From Ptychomitrium polyphyllum (lineage: Eukaryota), in contig OZ316775.1 of the NCBI GenBank assembly GCA_973851085.1, forward strand, positions 1,054,001-1,118,000: 64,000 bases of DNA. The letters run 5' to 3'. Below the pieces are notes generated by a model, which did no database searches, was not told where the DNA came from, and was given only the letters and a program-made list of their open reading frames with translations. The position numbers and the translations under genes were made by a program. Positions 51,190 to 64,000 of this stretch are shown piece after piece (the first letter of the stretch is position 1; every line of letters starts with the position of its first letter).

Positions 51190-53400
51190 AATGGATTATT
51201 GATTTGAACTAAGAAAAGTGTACATTTGTAAAGTATGTTTCAAAAAATATTGGTATAAAGAAGTGTTATATAAAACAAAGTTTTGTTATATGTAAAAGAC
51301 TTTGTCTACTAAATAGAGAAGCTTGCCTAAATAAGAAGATTTTTTTTACTATATCATATACTTGTATACTCATAAAAGTAGATTTTCAATGTATATATAA
51401 CAAAGCATTTTTATGAAACTTGCACAAAAATGAGGCTTGGATAATATTTTAATACTCCCTATGGCTTTTGTTGTAATGATTTAAACTATAAAAAATTACT
51501 ATTTTTAAATATTAAACATCCATGATAAACAAATAATGACTATATTGATGGATTTAGAATATATGGATTACTTTATAATTTTGATAAATGTTCATTATGT
51601 ATAAAATAAATAAATTTAATATTCTTGAAATATATTTAAAATACCATTTATTCTTTATGAATGTGACTTGAGCATTTATGAAAGAGTTAGTATGTGAAGA
51701 AAATCTTTGATATTATATATCTATTTAAAATAGCACTTTAGTTTTACACTTTTGTAGTTTTTGCGTTTTTAGAAGTGGGTGTTGAATAATGAGCTCATGA
51801 ATTTTGAAAATCATAATTAGTAGTCCTACAAAACTTTCTTATTATGAACTTGAAATGCTTGAATATGTAATTGGTAGAAGGTGTTTTGCCTATTATTTGA
51901 AGAATAAAATTGGATGGCATATAATAAAACCATCAAAACATGTTTTTTTTAGCTATATTTTGCAATATTGCATTAACTTCAAAAACCATCATTGATTCTA
52001 TTCTTGGCATGAATATGGTTCATAATCATCAATGGCAAAATGACTCAAAAGTGGAAGAAGTTATGGTAGTAGCTTTTACTTCTTACCAAGAAATATACAA
52101 ATGAATTCATATAAAGAATTTAAAGATAAGCTTATCATTTTAGAATATTTTATGCCACAAAGTTATTTAAATAGTAATTTGAAGATACTTTGATATGTTG
52201 AAATGTATGCCAAAACATATGTGTTGAAAAGTGTACTAATGTACAATGATATTAATCTTTAAAAGATAGGCCTTCTACAAAAATGATCAACCTCTATTTC
52301 TTTATGCAAATTAGCCATTGAATATTTTGAAATATATTTAAAGTGAACATTTTATTTAAAAGAATGAGCTCATATGGGTTATCCAAATGTCAAATATATG
52401 ACCTATAGAATAAACTAAATATAAACTTTTAGTATAATGCATTCAAAATATCATATGATTTTTCAAAATAATAACACTTGTCTCCAATTTTATTTACAAT
52501 TTGTATTATAATAATGAACTAAGTAATATGATTTGAATTGAAATAACAATTCTATCATCAAATATTTGATAAACATATATGTTTTATAGTGTGATTGAGA
52601 CTATAATCTTGTATAATCTTACAAATGTGATACAATCCTCAATAAAAAGTAATTTGTTAAGATTTGTTTTTTTGGACAAAGGAATTAAGTTTTAAGGTTG
52701 AAATTGGATATGATCAACCTCTATCCACTATTTGGTCTTTTTGGAATAAAGACATACTTTAAGACATTCAATAAAATACCACAATGCCTTAAATTTCCAA
52801 ATCTAAAATACTTTTGTGTGAAAATCCATTGTTCTTTTTTTATTAGTGTATAATTTAAAGTACAAAGGCCATTAGAAAGAGGATTGTAAACAAAAGTGAT
52901 TTGTGGCCTTTCTAATTTGCATTTACTTTTGTAACAATTCTCATAAGAAACATAAAAAGAATATAAAAGCCAAGAAGGAAATGGAGTATTTCAAAGGCTC
53001 TAAACAAAAAGAAGGGAACAGAACTGTAGTGTCATACAATTTCTTTTAGCTGTTACAATGAATTAATCAACATGCATCTACAAATTTTTCAATGTATAGT
53101 ACAAACAACATAATACATAAGTTCAATTCCAACTCCTTACATCTTTGGCTCCTTGCAAGAATCCATAAGAGAACAAGCAACCAACACAAACAAGCACATT
53201 GTATGAAACTATGACTCTACAAATTGTACTAAAGGTTTTGCATAGTAAATATGGAACATAATAAGTGATGTTTACAAATGAACACCAAAAGAAACTAGTT
53301 CTTAAAATAACACAAGATTTAAAAAAAAAATTAATTTATCTTTACAACCAAAGAAATAACACAAAGGACAAAAATGAATAACAATAATCACCTTTATAAG
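51190..53400. other. Very AT-rich non-coding spacer after the array
   Basis: Abrupt compositional shift after the last LRR unit. No credible ORF and no recognisable element termini. Confidence 0.6.
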
Positions 53401-54027
53401 TTTGATGGAAGTGGTTAACAAGGCCCAAGGATATGGTTTATTCACAAAGAGTCCTTCAAGCAACACCCTCGTGACCTGTTCTTGTATGATTTCCTTCATA
53501 CATGTCCATAGGCTGAAAATATCCATGGGTGCACTCTGTGTTACAGGTGCTGTTGGCACTGCCAATCGTTGTGGTATTATCTTGCTCTGCATGTGCTGTG
53601 ATGCCTGTGCAGGGTTTCAGACTATCAGCAATGCTCATTGTCCTGCTGATTGCAAAATCAATGCGGCGTTCATGCTAAGCTATGCATCACGGCCAGACTA
53701 AAACATACGACATCTTTGGTAAGAGTACTCTGAAACCGACGCAAAAATGCACTAAGATATTGTGCGTAGACGACTTCCTATGTTTCTGAGACGGTGCAAT
53801 GTTTCTTGAAATCCTGACTAGTTCCTTCAGAAATCTTGTAACGTGCTCTTGTACTTGTATCCTGATAAGACTGCACAAGAAGTACCTCTACTGACACCCC
53901 TAGAGAACCCAGTGTGCAGAGAAGGGAGAGTCGGACTCCTTTGTAGAAAGGTTTGTGCCCAGCCAGGAAGAGCGGCTCTCTCTTTTGCAGCTCTGCAGCG
54001 AATTGCAGGTAAACTCTTGATATCACT

Positions 54028-54495
54028 ATGTCGAGCAATCCGAGCATGGCCACGGCGATAACCCTGCTCACGCGGTCAGGCACTCTTCCCTCTCTCCGCT
54101 TTTCTGTTCCCACACTGTTTTTTCGGTTCAGAAGGTGGACTGGGTCGCATAATGGATGTGGGCAGTAGGGACAGCCCAGTGTTCGATTGATATCGAGTTC
54201 CAGCAGTTCTGGCGCTGTGTTGAGTTTTGCAGTTGAAACCGTTTGTGGCATCTCGACTCTGAAGCTGGGAGTTGTGACTGGGGACTCTTGTGTTCATGGT
54301 TTCCCATGGTTTGAAGGCTCTGAAATTGGGATCGTGGTTGTCGGATTTATCAGAGATGGCTTTGATTCTGCAGCGGGTGAAGAGCTTCTGGGTTGGGGTT
54401 CGAGAGGTGTGAGTGGCACCGCGACGCAGCGGAGAAATGACCTTCAAGTGTGCATCGTTGGGAGTGGCCCAGCGGGGTTTTACACTGCTGACTAG
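54028..54495 (+). pseudogene. Fragment (first exon) of mitochondrial NADPH:adrenodoxin/ferredoxin reductase
   Basis: A transit-peptide-like Ser/Arg-rich leader from ATG 54028/54046 is followed in the same frame by LQVCIVGSGPAGFYTAD, the FAD-binding start of this family. In-frame TAG at 54166 and 54493. No downstream exons recognised. Confidence 0.75.
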
Positions 54496-56571
54496 GCGTG
54501 TGGGGTTCAGGGATTTAGAGTTGGAAAGGGAGCACTAGGTGGTCGAGCTAGAAACACTGATCAAGAGCGTCCTGTCATGGGGAAATTTGTGTATTCTTCG
54601 TGATTTTAACATTCTTTGTATGATCACAATGTGAGTGCATTCTTTTCCACTCAATCAGAACACAACGGAAACAGTCGTATGCAGTTTGAAATTGCAAGTT
54701 GGACTCAAAGCTCAACAACCCACATTTCAGCGAACGACAGAACTTACCGACAAGCGTTAGGCCCGCAAATAACATCCACCTTTTTGTTGGCAACAATCAA
54801 TTTCTCCTGTAACCGCTCAGCCGTGCAGCCCAACACTCCGACCTTGGGAGGCTTTGCTGGACGAGGGGCAGTAACGGACGGATCGCGATTCCGCCTGGAT
54901 CGTGCAATATCATAAGAACAGGTTCAAATGTTGCTGCAAATCCAGGATTATTGTGTAGGCCAGCCTTTAGATGGGAACAGAGCACAGAGCGTACCTGGAG
55001 ATTCAGACAACGCACAGTTCACGTACTCTGCTTTTCAAGTGCTTGACATGATTAACCCGATGCCAGGTTTTGGGCTCGGCATTCTCGCTTATTGCGCATA
55101 TGTCGGTCTTGCTGAATGCAGCAAGTGCTGAAGTCTCTTCAGCGGTGGTGGATGCACATGGGCTGTGTGACGAGGCACATGTGCTACACAACGGCTGGCT
55201 GAGCACGATGCCGAGGTCGACGAGGATTGGGTGCCCCTGTCTAGCGGAAGCTTCTGTGGGCAGTCGATTCAGCTGATTCCGTGGAGGTGAAGGCAACATC
55301 GCTCCTTTGCTCCCAGAGGCAGTCGGGGGAAACGAGAGCAACAAAAGCGCTGTGCTTGGAACGAAGCCGAAAACTGAAGGAGGCCATAAATTCCAGTCTA
55401 TGGATACGAAGATCCAGCGGTCTGAGTCATCTTCTTATGGATTTCCAGCGAGAATGGGGATTCCCTGGTGAATCTGGATGGCAAATCGCACTGGTTTCCT
55501 GTACACACTATCTTGGCAAACATTGCTGAATAGTAGCGTCGAATGCGTGCTCAATGAAGTCTGAGGAAGTCAGGGTTGTCAAGATGCAGTGAAGACCCGG
55601 GCACTTCAAGCACTCCGAGACTTCAAGCTCTTGACCTTGCGATGCTTTGTCTACGCATGAGCTAACCTGAATAACCTTTCATGCTTATTATTAATCGATA
55701 ATTTTGATATTTATGTGGTTTGAAAATAACGATGATTATGTAACATTATGTTGAATAAATACTTAGGCATGGAGTTTAATTAAAATTCATTTTTGGTATC
55801 ATTGATATTAAAACTTTGAATGTATGACCAATCAAATAAATGATAATTTATTAGAGATATTTTAAAAATATCTCTAAATCAGTTTTAATATGTTAAGAAG
55901 AACAATAATTCTTCAATCTTGAATAAAATTGGTAGGCTTCCTTGCAATTTAATAGATGTTTTAACATAATGAATAAGACAAGATACAAATTTGATTGATA
56001 CACCATTATTTTATATTATGTGTTTTACAACAAATTCTTATAAAATGGTGATTGCTAAGTGCAGTCATAGCTACTTTTCATTAATTGACTTAGTTTTTAA
56101 ATAATAAATAAATATATACAGAATTAGTGTTTTTTAGATATTTTTAAAAATAAAATTCTTCTATCATAAACACTTTGAAATTGAATATCTTCTACAATAT
56201 AAGTTACTCTAATATAAGACGAAGTGGATTACGTTTTAATTGATAAATATTTCAAAATACTATTATAAGTACATTAAATATCATAATGATTTAAAACATC
56301 ATTTATTCTTAATATGATGTTTTGATGTATTTTTTTATTGATCAAGTTAAATTGACGATAATACACTATCAAACCTAAAAATTGTTCCATAGTTGAGAAC
56401 ATAAACAAGAGACAGTTTCACAAGCAGTTATTGTTTACACATAGGTTTCCTTAACTGTGGTGCTTTGAGGAGAACGGTGACGGCTTTGGGTGTGCATGGC
56501 GGAGGAGAGGGTGGAGGGAGGCCAATACCCGGCAGTGGCGCTCAAGGCTGCAATTGAGAACCGGGGGGAGG

Positions 56572-56580
56572 AAACCCTAA
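56572..56580 (+). promoter_or_regulatory. Telo-box (AAACCCTAA) upstream of eIF2-alpha
   Basis: Exact motif about 240 bp before the ATG. Telo-boxes are typical of plant translation-machinery genes. Confidence 0.55.
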
Positions 56581-56813
56581 AGTCCAGCAGGAGCGTCGAG
56601 CTTGTGTAGCGAAGCCCTAATCGAGCTCTCTCGCTCTTGCCATTGCCATCGCTTCTCTCTGCTCCGCAGGACTGCATCGCTTGCCCCGGCGTCTCGTCTT
56701 TGCTTGCACTTCCTCTTCTCTGCAGCTGGTATTTTTGTTCTCTCTCTCGCGCTTTCTCTCGCTGAATCTTGTTTCTCGCACTAGAGTTCACTGTAACACA
56801 AACGAGCGCAACC

Positions 56814-59324
56814 ATGACGGTCACCGATTGTCGGATGTACGAGGCGCGCTACCCGGAGGTGGACGACGTCGTCATGGTGTCGGTACGTAGTTCTTTGTGC
56901 CTTGCCTTTGCTTGAGTCGTGTTTTTGTCGTTTTATCGTTTCTTCGATTAGATTTTTTTCGGTATGTGAGTTTTGAGCTAGGGTCTTTGGAATCGGTCTA
57001 GTGGATTGGGGAACTTGGAGAAGTCAATAATGTTTCGCTTGGTTGAGTTCGAGGGAGTTCGTGAGAGCCTTGTTGTTGACGCTGATGGGTTGCAGGTGAA
57101 AAATATCGCCGAGATGGGTGCGTATGTGGCGCTGCTGGAGTACAATAACATCGAGGGTATGATTCTGCTTTCGGAGCTCTCACGGCGGCGTATTCGAAGT
57201 ATCAGTAGCTTGATTAAGGTTGGACGCCAGGAGCCCGTCATGGTGCTGAGAGTGGACAAGGAGAAGGGGTACATAGATCTTAGCAAGCGCAGGGTGTCAG
57301 AGGAGGATGTTGCTGGCTGTGAGGAGCGGTATAACAAGAGCAAATTGGTGCACTCCATCATGCGACATGTTGCCGATACCATGGATGCTGATTTGGAGGT
57401 AATGTTTCAAGTAGCGGAAGCGAATAGGATACTTCTGGGAGAATCTGGTTATGACTTGGTTAATACTGGCACTGTGAATCTCTCTTAGTACTGATGCTCA
57501 CTGTCGATCGTCATTACTTGGATTTCGGATAGGTAACACCTATTTGCTATATAAACCAGTTGCTATGACATGGTTTGTACTTAACAGTGTTCGTCAATTA
57601 TGTGGACTAAATTGGTTGACTGTATATCGTGGTCGTCTTTTCTACTATCGTTACAGGATCTCTACACTCATGTTGCCTGGCCGCTGTACAAGAAATACGG
57701 ACATGCATTTGAGGTGAGCACATTTTCACGGTTATTAATTGCTGTGTCGTTCAGTGTGTGGTTTGCTGAGGAGGGTGCAAAGATGCCTGCGCATACTGTA
57801 TGCTAGCTCTGGAGTTTTTAAGCTATAATTAGCGGGCGTACATTAATATGTATTTTTGGACAACTGGTCGACCCTTCCTAATTCATCTTTTCATTGCATT
57901 CGAAAGTATTATGCTGGTCAGATCTATCTTTTCAAGTGAGCGTCGACCTAATGTGCCTACTGTTGTTGACAGGCTTTCAAGTTGATTGTTACTGATCCAG
58001 ATTCTGTGCTCAGTGGACTCACCAAGGAAGTGAAGGAAATGGAGGGTGATGACGAGGTGAGTTGGGATCGTCACGTTGATGTTTAGGTGAATGTGATAGA
58101 TGTTTTGAGGTGAAGGTGCTTGTGGCATTTTGTTCCTTCCAGCGACAGCCTAAGAAGCTTTGACATTGATGTGACGATGTAGGTAACTAAGACAGTGCCA
58201 GCAATGACTGAACCAGTCAAAGATGCCCTTATCAAGAATATCAGAAGAAGAATGACTCCTCAGCCGCTGAAGATTCGTGCTGATATTGAGTTGAAATGCT
58301 TTCAATTTGACGGGGTTTTGCATATCAAGGTGACGCAGTTGCTGCTGTTCCTTGAGTATTTCAAGTTCTCTTAGGTACTGGTAGTTGATTAGTCTGTAGT
58401 TCTAGGGTTTGTAAGTAAGCGAACCGCGTCATTTCAGGCTATCAGTTATATGATTTTAGTCATATTTTTATGTTTCTTTATTTCAGGATGCAATGAGAAA
58501 GGCAGAGGCTGCTGGTACCGAAGAGTGCCCTGTGAAGATTAAGCTAGTGGCACCCCCACTTTATGTTATCACCACCCAGACTCTTGACAAGGTTTGAGAC
58601 TTTTCGCATTTTGTTAGTGGAGGGTTTTGAGTAGGTGCGTTTGCGACTTCTACAGCTACATCTTTTGCACTATTATCATCGTTTGAAATGTAAAACTAAT
58701 GAAGTTTTACTGCTGTTAAATCCGCTTTCTATATATCTTATTGGTTTAAAAGGTAATTCTCAGTTAATGATTTACTTTCCCACAACTTCTTTGGTGGTTT
58801 TCTTTTTGAGAGCATATTGTGGATAATCAGTACCTCAATTTGTTGTGTTCTCCACTGTGATCGACGCTCAGGCTGGACTTGTTTACTCCGTTTGGCAGGA
58901 TCTTGGTATTGCCGTATTGGAAACTGCTATTAAAGCTTGTGCGAAAGAAATTGAAAAGCACAAAGGAAAGCTTCTTGTCAAGGAGCCGCCACGAGCGGTA
59001 CTTTCCCTTTTGTTTCCCCACGTACTTTCTTGTTTTTCCTGTGGTCCTTCTGCAAGAATATATGTTTTTTATGTGACATTTGTGTTGCTGTGCTCTGCAG
59101 CTTCGAGAGAAGTAACTTGTATGAAGTTAGTTGTGTATTTGAATTGAAACTAATGCTATCTGATCTGTCTATTGCAGGTGAGTGAGAGGGAAGAACGGTT
59201 CCTTGCAGAGACGATTGCGAAGCTTGAGGACGCTAATCTGGAAGTGGATGGAGATGCTGACAGCGAGGAAGAAGATAATGGCATGGGTGATATTGACATT
59301 GAGGGTGGTGGTATAGCAGAGTAG
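56814..59324 (+). CDS. eIF2alpha: Eukaryotic translation initiation factor 2 alpha. Exons 56814-56882, 57096-57398, 57657-57713, 57973-58056, 58183-58329, 58487-58591, 58899-58997, 59178-59324
   Basis: [45 protein letters not shown] (regulatory phosphosite), [43 protein letters not shown] and an acidic tail. All introns are GT-AG, phase 0. Confidence 0.97.
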
Positions 59325-60503
59325 GTAGATTATCGTTTCTAAATTTAGTGCCATATATGTCTAGAATGAGTCTTTGATGGGTCTTAAAGTATTTTTGACT
59401 TTGTTCTTAGTGTTAAAATCAGCCGTGCGGATTGAAAGGCGAGTGCAGTGTAACCACTTGATGGGTTTTCAGAAGTACAGTTAAAGACTTACCCAGAAGG
59501 TTAGAATGTGTAAACAAACTACGAGCAAGTTGCAGTCGTACTGAACAGAAACGGCCCTGTCAGGAACTTCGGCACGTGCTTTGTGGACAGCCGCGATAGG
59601 TGAAAACGATTAGTTGTCCCTCCTATTGTGCCCAGTCCTCCTTAAGGGTTTGGATATTTGGTGCTTGTTACACTATTCTTGCATTCTAGTTTGAATCAGT
59701 ACGTCCTTCGTAGATCACCAGAATATCTGAACTTTGTATTGAATGCACCTATAATCAACATATTGTTGATAGATTTTCTACACTTTCCATCACGAAAAGA
59801 ATGAACATTTTAATTGTAAAAGCAGTATTCTAGACTCTTGCAAACAGTAGCAGGTAGCCCACTCGTTCAAATTTAGCCCTAGTCGTTAGTTTGAATGGCA
59901 TTTCTGTTGGCGGCTACTTATTCTTGTTCAAATTGCTTTTGGACTTTTTGTTTATCATTGTCACTTGTGAATTTCGTTCCATTGCCTCCTTGACCATTTT
60001 CAGTTGTGAGGTATTATGGACTAGTGGACCAGTAAGCTGCTAGAGCGGGGAGGAGGTGGCGTTACGTTTTGATATTACCTTGTGAGTACGATGAGCATGG
60101 AAACTACGTCATAGTGAATATCACTTGTTCTCGCTTACCCAAATTCGTATCACAACGGTGCAAGCCCTCGTTGAATACCGACCTTTATATGATTTCAAGC
60201 CTTATACCTGGGTATCTCACGGGATTCATTCCAGGTAACCTTCTTGGATGTAAGTTACTCTTATGCTGCCTTCGAGCCGTGAACGAACTCTTATCACTTG
60301 AAGCTTCTCCAACGCCTGTAGGTTCTCCACCTTCAACAGCCTCACTTTTATCAGATCGTTTGTGGAAGAGGTTCTTCGGTAAGTCAGCTGGCTAGAAATG
60401 AGGATTCAAATCTCACACTCTCAGCGGCGAACTTAATCCCAATGAACCTGCAACTGGAATGGAAGGAGGGTTACTGAGTTTAGCTACACTAGAAACTCGA
60501 TAG

Positions 60504-60764
60504 TCCACTCTCAAATAGGCAGAACTGGTAGTTGAAAGGATCCAAAGCAAATGTGGCCCATCTCCGAACGGATTTCCTGGCATCCAATATTCATTTTCAG
60601 ATTTGCCGACTAACGGCTTCAATACTCTGTTCCAACAGCTGGAGGATTGGAAGACGAGGGTGACTGATGGAGGGGGGTTTTATCCTGTAGCGGTACCAGG
60701 CTCATTTCGTGCGGGGAGTCTCCATGTTGTCACCTGTACTTGGAGTTTGCATTATCTCTCTCAG
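60504..60764 (+). pseudogene. SABATH-family SAM-dependent carboxyl methyltransferase exon fragment
   Basis: IQYSFSDLPTNGFNTLF...AVPGSFRAGSLHVVTCTWSLHYLSQ followed by a GT donor resembles the family motifs DLPxNDFNTLF / VPGSFY / SLHWLSQ. It has an in-frame TAG at 60516, lacks the usual YxRLFP segment after PGSF, and has no recognisable flanking exons. Confidence 0.75.
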
Positions 60765-61616
60765 GTATACAGCAAAAGAAACGATCTTCCTTTTCCTTTT
60801 TCACTTCATATTATTCATTGTATGCGAGAGCTCAACTTGGGATCGAAAATCTGCAGATAATTCAGTGACCAGTTCTGTTCCAAGTCTATATTTTGACAAT
60901 ACTATCAGAAGAGAATGTGGTGAGAAGATTAATTTTAACTTGCAGTATTGAAGTTTTGAGGGAGTTCTGTATTGAATAATGAAATTTTGGAAAACCTTTC
61001 TCCACAAGATTCGATAGAAATCTAGTAGGATGGTAGTAGATAGTACTTTTTAGAAGTCATGTATCTGATTACATACGATCCTTTCTCAAGCTTCATGAAG
61101 CTTATCATCTACATTCAACAGCTCCCCTAAGTAAATAGTGCACCGATCAAATATTTCATCATCACATACATTGTTTTATCAACGCCAACTTCACTAAAGC
61201 CTCTGATGGTTGAAAGGTTTCAAAGCAAATTCTTCAAATGCCAACCACTTGTTGACTTCCTACCAATCACCATCACAACATGATGCACTGCTCAACATCT
61301 GTAACCATTTATGTTGCAAAACACCGCTAATGATTTAGTCCTTCAAAATCCTATATACAGTAGTTAGAGATACTAAACTTAAACAAGACTCAACAACCTA
61401 AGTTTTATCAACCTATTTGCTACTTGCTGAGGTTCACGTGCCTAATATTCGTCACTTCGTATTGAATCTGTGGAATGTCGTTATGAAGTGTCACACCACA
61501 AGATTACCTCAATGCAAATGCCTTCTACTTCAACGAGCTTGACACGTGACAGTACTTATAGACACTACACGATTTCTAATTTGTCACGAGTAATATACAT
61601 TACACCTAAAAAGCAT

Positions 61617-63715
61617 TTAGCTCTTCACCATTGGATAAGTTTGTGGATAAGTTGGTGGATAAGCTGGTGTGGAAGTGGAAGACATCCTCTCTTCTGAACT
61701 ACTGCGATCTGCATTGCCAACACCACTTACGAACATAACGCACAAAAACAGGAAACGAAATCTATTCATCTTGCAATTTGACAGTTCTGCAAATTCACAT
61801 CTACATAATTTCCCTGCAAATTTTCAATAATGAGAAAAAAACATGTCACATAAATGAGATGAAGCCATAATGCAGTTACTACGAAATCTTACCTGCAAAA
61901 TTCTGGGAAGCAGAGGCAGCTGCTGTCTGCCCATGATAATCTGAATGCGCAGGAAATGTGTGTTGTAGACGTTCAGCAGTTTCTTTGGGCGCGGCAGTGA
62001 ACAACCAGCTCACGGCACCAGACACACGGTCAGCAATACCCGGAGTGTTGGCCGAATTCGCAGTGTTCGCGGAGGGGGAAGCAGGGCCGAAGACTTTCTC
62101 CCTGATGACACCAGGCAGTGTGCTTAAAGTCTGCGTCACTTGCTCAGAGAGCGCCTTGTCATGGTGTGTGGGAGTAGTCTGAGCAGCAAGTCGGTCTTTC
62201 GTCCAAGCCGCGCGGTCTGCAGCACTGGCACCATACTCTCTGCTTTTCTGACCCGCCACGCTCATGTATGCCTTCGCCTTTTCTGTAAGCGGAGGAGCAT
62301 TCGGATCCCTAGGTTTGTCAAGGCCCAAAGTGGCCTTTGTCTTGTCCAGAATCGACGGTGCATTTGGATCCGTGTGCTTGTCCATTCCGAGAGTTTCCTT
62401 CGTCCTGTCCACAACGGATGGCGCATTCAGGTCGCTGGGTTTGTCTAAACCTAGAGTCGACTTTGCCTTGTCCAACACCGACGGCGCGTAGGGATCTCTA
62501 GGCTTGTCCAATCCAAGAGTGGATTTCGCCCTGTCCAGGATTGACGGCGCGTTAGGATCTCGTGGCGCAGAAGGTGTGTCATTGTAGTAACCCATTTTGT
62601 CACCGAGAACAACAGCAGCACCCGCGACGGAATTTCTAACCTTCTCCACCATACCCTTATTTGTAACTGTTGTAGGGCTTGCTCTGTACGAGTTGCGTGG
62701 AACATCACTGTAACCCTTTTGTATGCTCTGGACAAAGACCACAAAATGCAAACTTCATCAAGACCTACAACTGTGTGCTGCCTGCATTTCTTACTTCAGA
62801 GTTACACTGACCTCTCCTTTGGAAGATGATGTATGATATGGAGTTGCTGCATACCTCTATTGTTGAGCGAGAGTACTCTTGATCGGGCTGGTAACTGCGA
62901 ATCGGGTCGATCTGAGGTTTTGTCACCGAGGGCGAGAATTGCTGCTCCGGCTGGTAACTGCGAATCGGATCGATCTGAGTATTTGTCACAGAGGGAGAGA
63001 ATTGCTGCTCAGGCTGATAACTGCGATCAGTTGGAGGATTCACAAAACGGGGAGATTTCTCTCCGACATCCAGGTACTTGAATTTCTCCTCCAAAGTGGG
63101 AGCCAAGTTCGATCTTGGCGAATCAGTTGTCATCGGAGCGGGACGCATAGGAGGCGCTGCCGCCACATGGTTCCGATTCTGCGATTCGTATCCCGAAGGA
63201 CTGATCGGCGAAGGCCTTGAGTCGTAGTCTCGATTGTGCACCTCACGTGGAGATGTTCTCTCGTACGATGGCGGGGAGTTAGCGTCGTGAGACACAGGGG
63301 TGGTCTTCACCGTGGAGAATGGCGTGGAATCGCCAACGTTGTACCCCGTCTCGGGTCCAGGACCCTGTCATCAACAATCAACAACCGCGGCGTTACGTAC
63401 ATTCATTGGATCACCAAGGCCGTGATAAAACTCCTTGGAACTCGTACACTACGGCGAACCCCAAATGCATGACTTGAACGAGGGTTATAAGACAGAAGCT
63501 CTTACCCTAGGAGACCCATCGTCGTACTCCGAGCTATCCTCATGGCCGTCGTCATCGACGCCCGCGTCACGCTTCTTCATGCCCGGGAGACGATTCTTCA
63601 AGTTCATCACCTTATCCTTGACGCGCGAGTGAGGAACTTTGGCCTTAAGCTTCGACGTCAACGACTTTCCTCCCGTTTCCCCCTGCACGGGATCTGAAAC
63701 CCCAGCCCAATTCAT
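61617..63715 (-). CDS. LTI65/LTI78 (RD29/CAP160)-like hydrophilic stress protein. Exons 63715-63506, 63364-62855, 62727-61893, 61708-61617
   Basis: KSLTSKLKAKV...VKDKVMNLKNRL followed by an acidic stretch, then KGMVEKVRNSV, HDKALSEQVTQTL (PGEEDKALSE-like) and GIADRVSGAVSWLF. The four exons are phase-consistent and end PTYPQTYPMVKS*. Family assignment is from recalled motifs. Confidence 0.72.
62270..62565 (-). repeat. Coding 63-bp (21-aa) tandem repeat, 4 full copies plus a partial: PRDPNAPSILDRAKSTLGLDK
   Basis: Visible in ORF 61879-62751. Confidence 0.9.
62870..63030 (-). repeat. Coding 63-bp (21-aa) tandem repeat, about 2.5 copies: RSYQPEQQFSPSVTNTQIDPI
   Basis: Visible in ORF 62765-63310; the copies are nearly identical at DNA level. 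Confidence 0.9.
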
Positions 63716-64000
63716 CACAACGTCCCCACACTCAGTCTCATAATCAGAACCACCCCATAAAACGCACTCAGCTAACCCCACACATTCCCTCAATCCCCCA
63801 CCATAACCTCGACTCACCCCTCCCCACGGCATGCGAACCTAAACCTAATCAACCACCAACAAACAACCAAGCCCCACATGACCCAAATGCTCCCCTCAAT
63901 CTAACCCCTAACAAAACAAACTCCTCAATCTCCAGAACTGCATAGCAACACCAACACTAACTCTTACATATCTCTCCACTAAGTCCATCACCAGAGACAG

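Noticed and set aside
54900..55660. Coding-like GC-rich segment after the reductase fragment
   Set aside because: Stops in all frames and no recognisable family; it does not match the expected next reductase exon.
55851..55877. Palindrome TTAGAGATATTTT-A-AAAATATCTCTAA
   Set aside because: Short and AT-rich within a low-complexity tract; no associated termini or target-site duplication.

Overview
Eukaryotic nuclear DNA from a land plant, most likely a moss or other bryophyte (inferred from GT-AG introns, gene content and the MAEPL-like NLR N-terminus). Four conserved spliced genes are present: a DA2/GW2-like RING E3 ligase (minus strand, runs off the left edge), TIP41 (minus), eIF2-alpha (plus) and an LTI65/RD29-like stress protein (minus). 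Two orphan gene fragments are also present: exon 1 of an adrenodoxin reductase and a SABATH methyltransferase exon. The dominant feature is an intronless CC-NB-ARC-LRR immune receptor ORF (11094-14732). Its 72-bp LRR-encoding unit continues past the stop codon as an uninterrupted tandem array to about 51185. The array is about 38.3 kb, or roughly 530 units, of which about 26 are coding and about 505 lie beyond the stop. It is zoned: an indel-containing proximal part, an indel-free core of 144-bp dimers with a stop in the LRR frame, higher-order duplications, stop-free multi-LRR blocks distally, and a far end that again resembles the coding units. It is either a gene-derived satellite or a reservoir of LRR cassettes for receptor diversification; sequence alone cannot decide between these.
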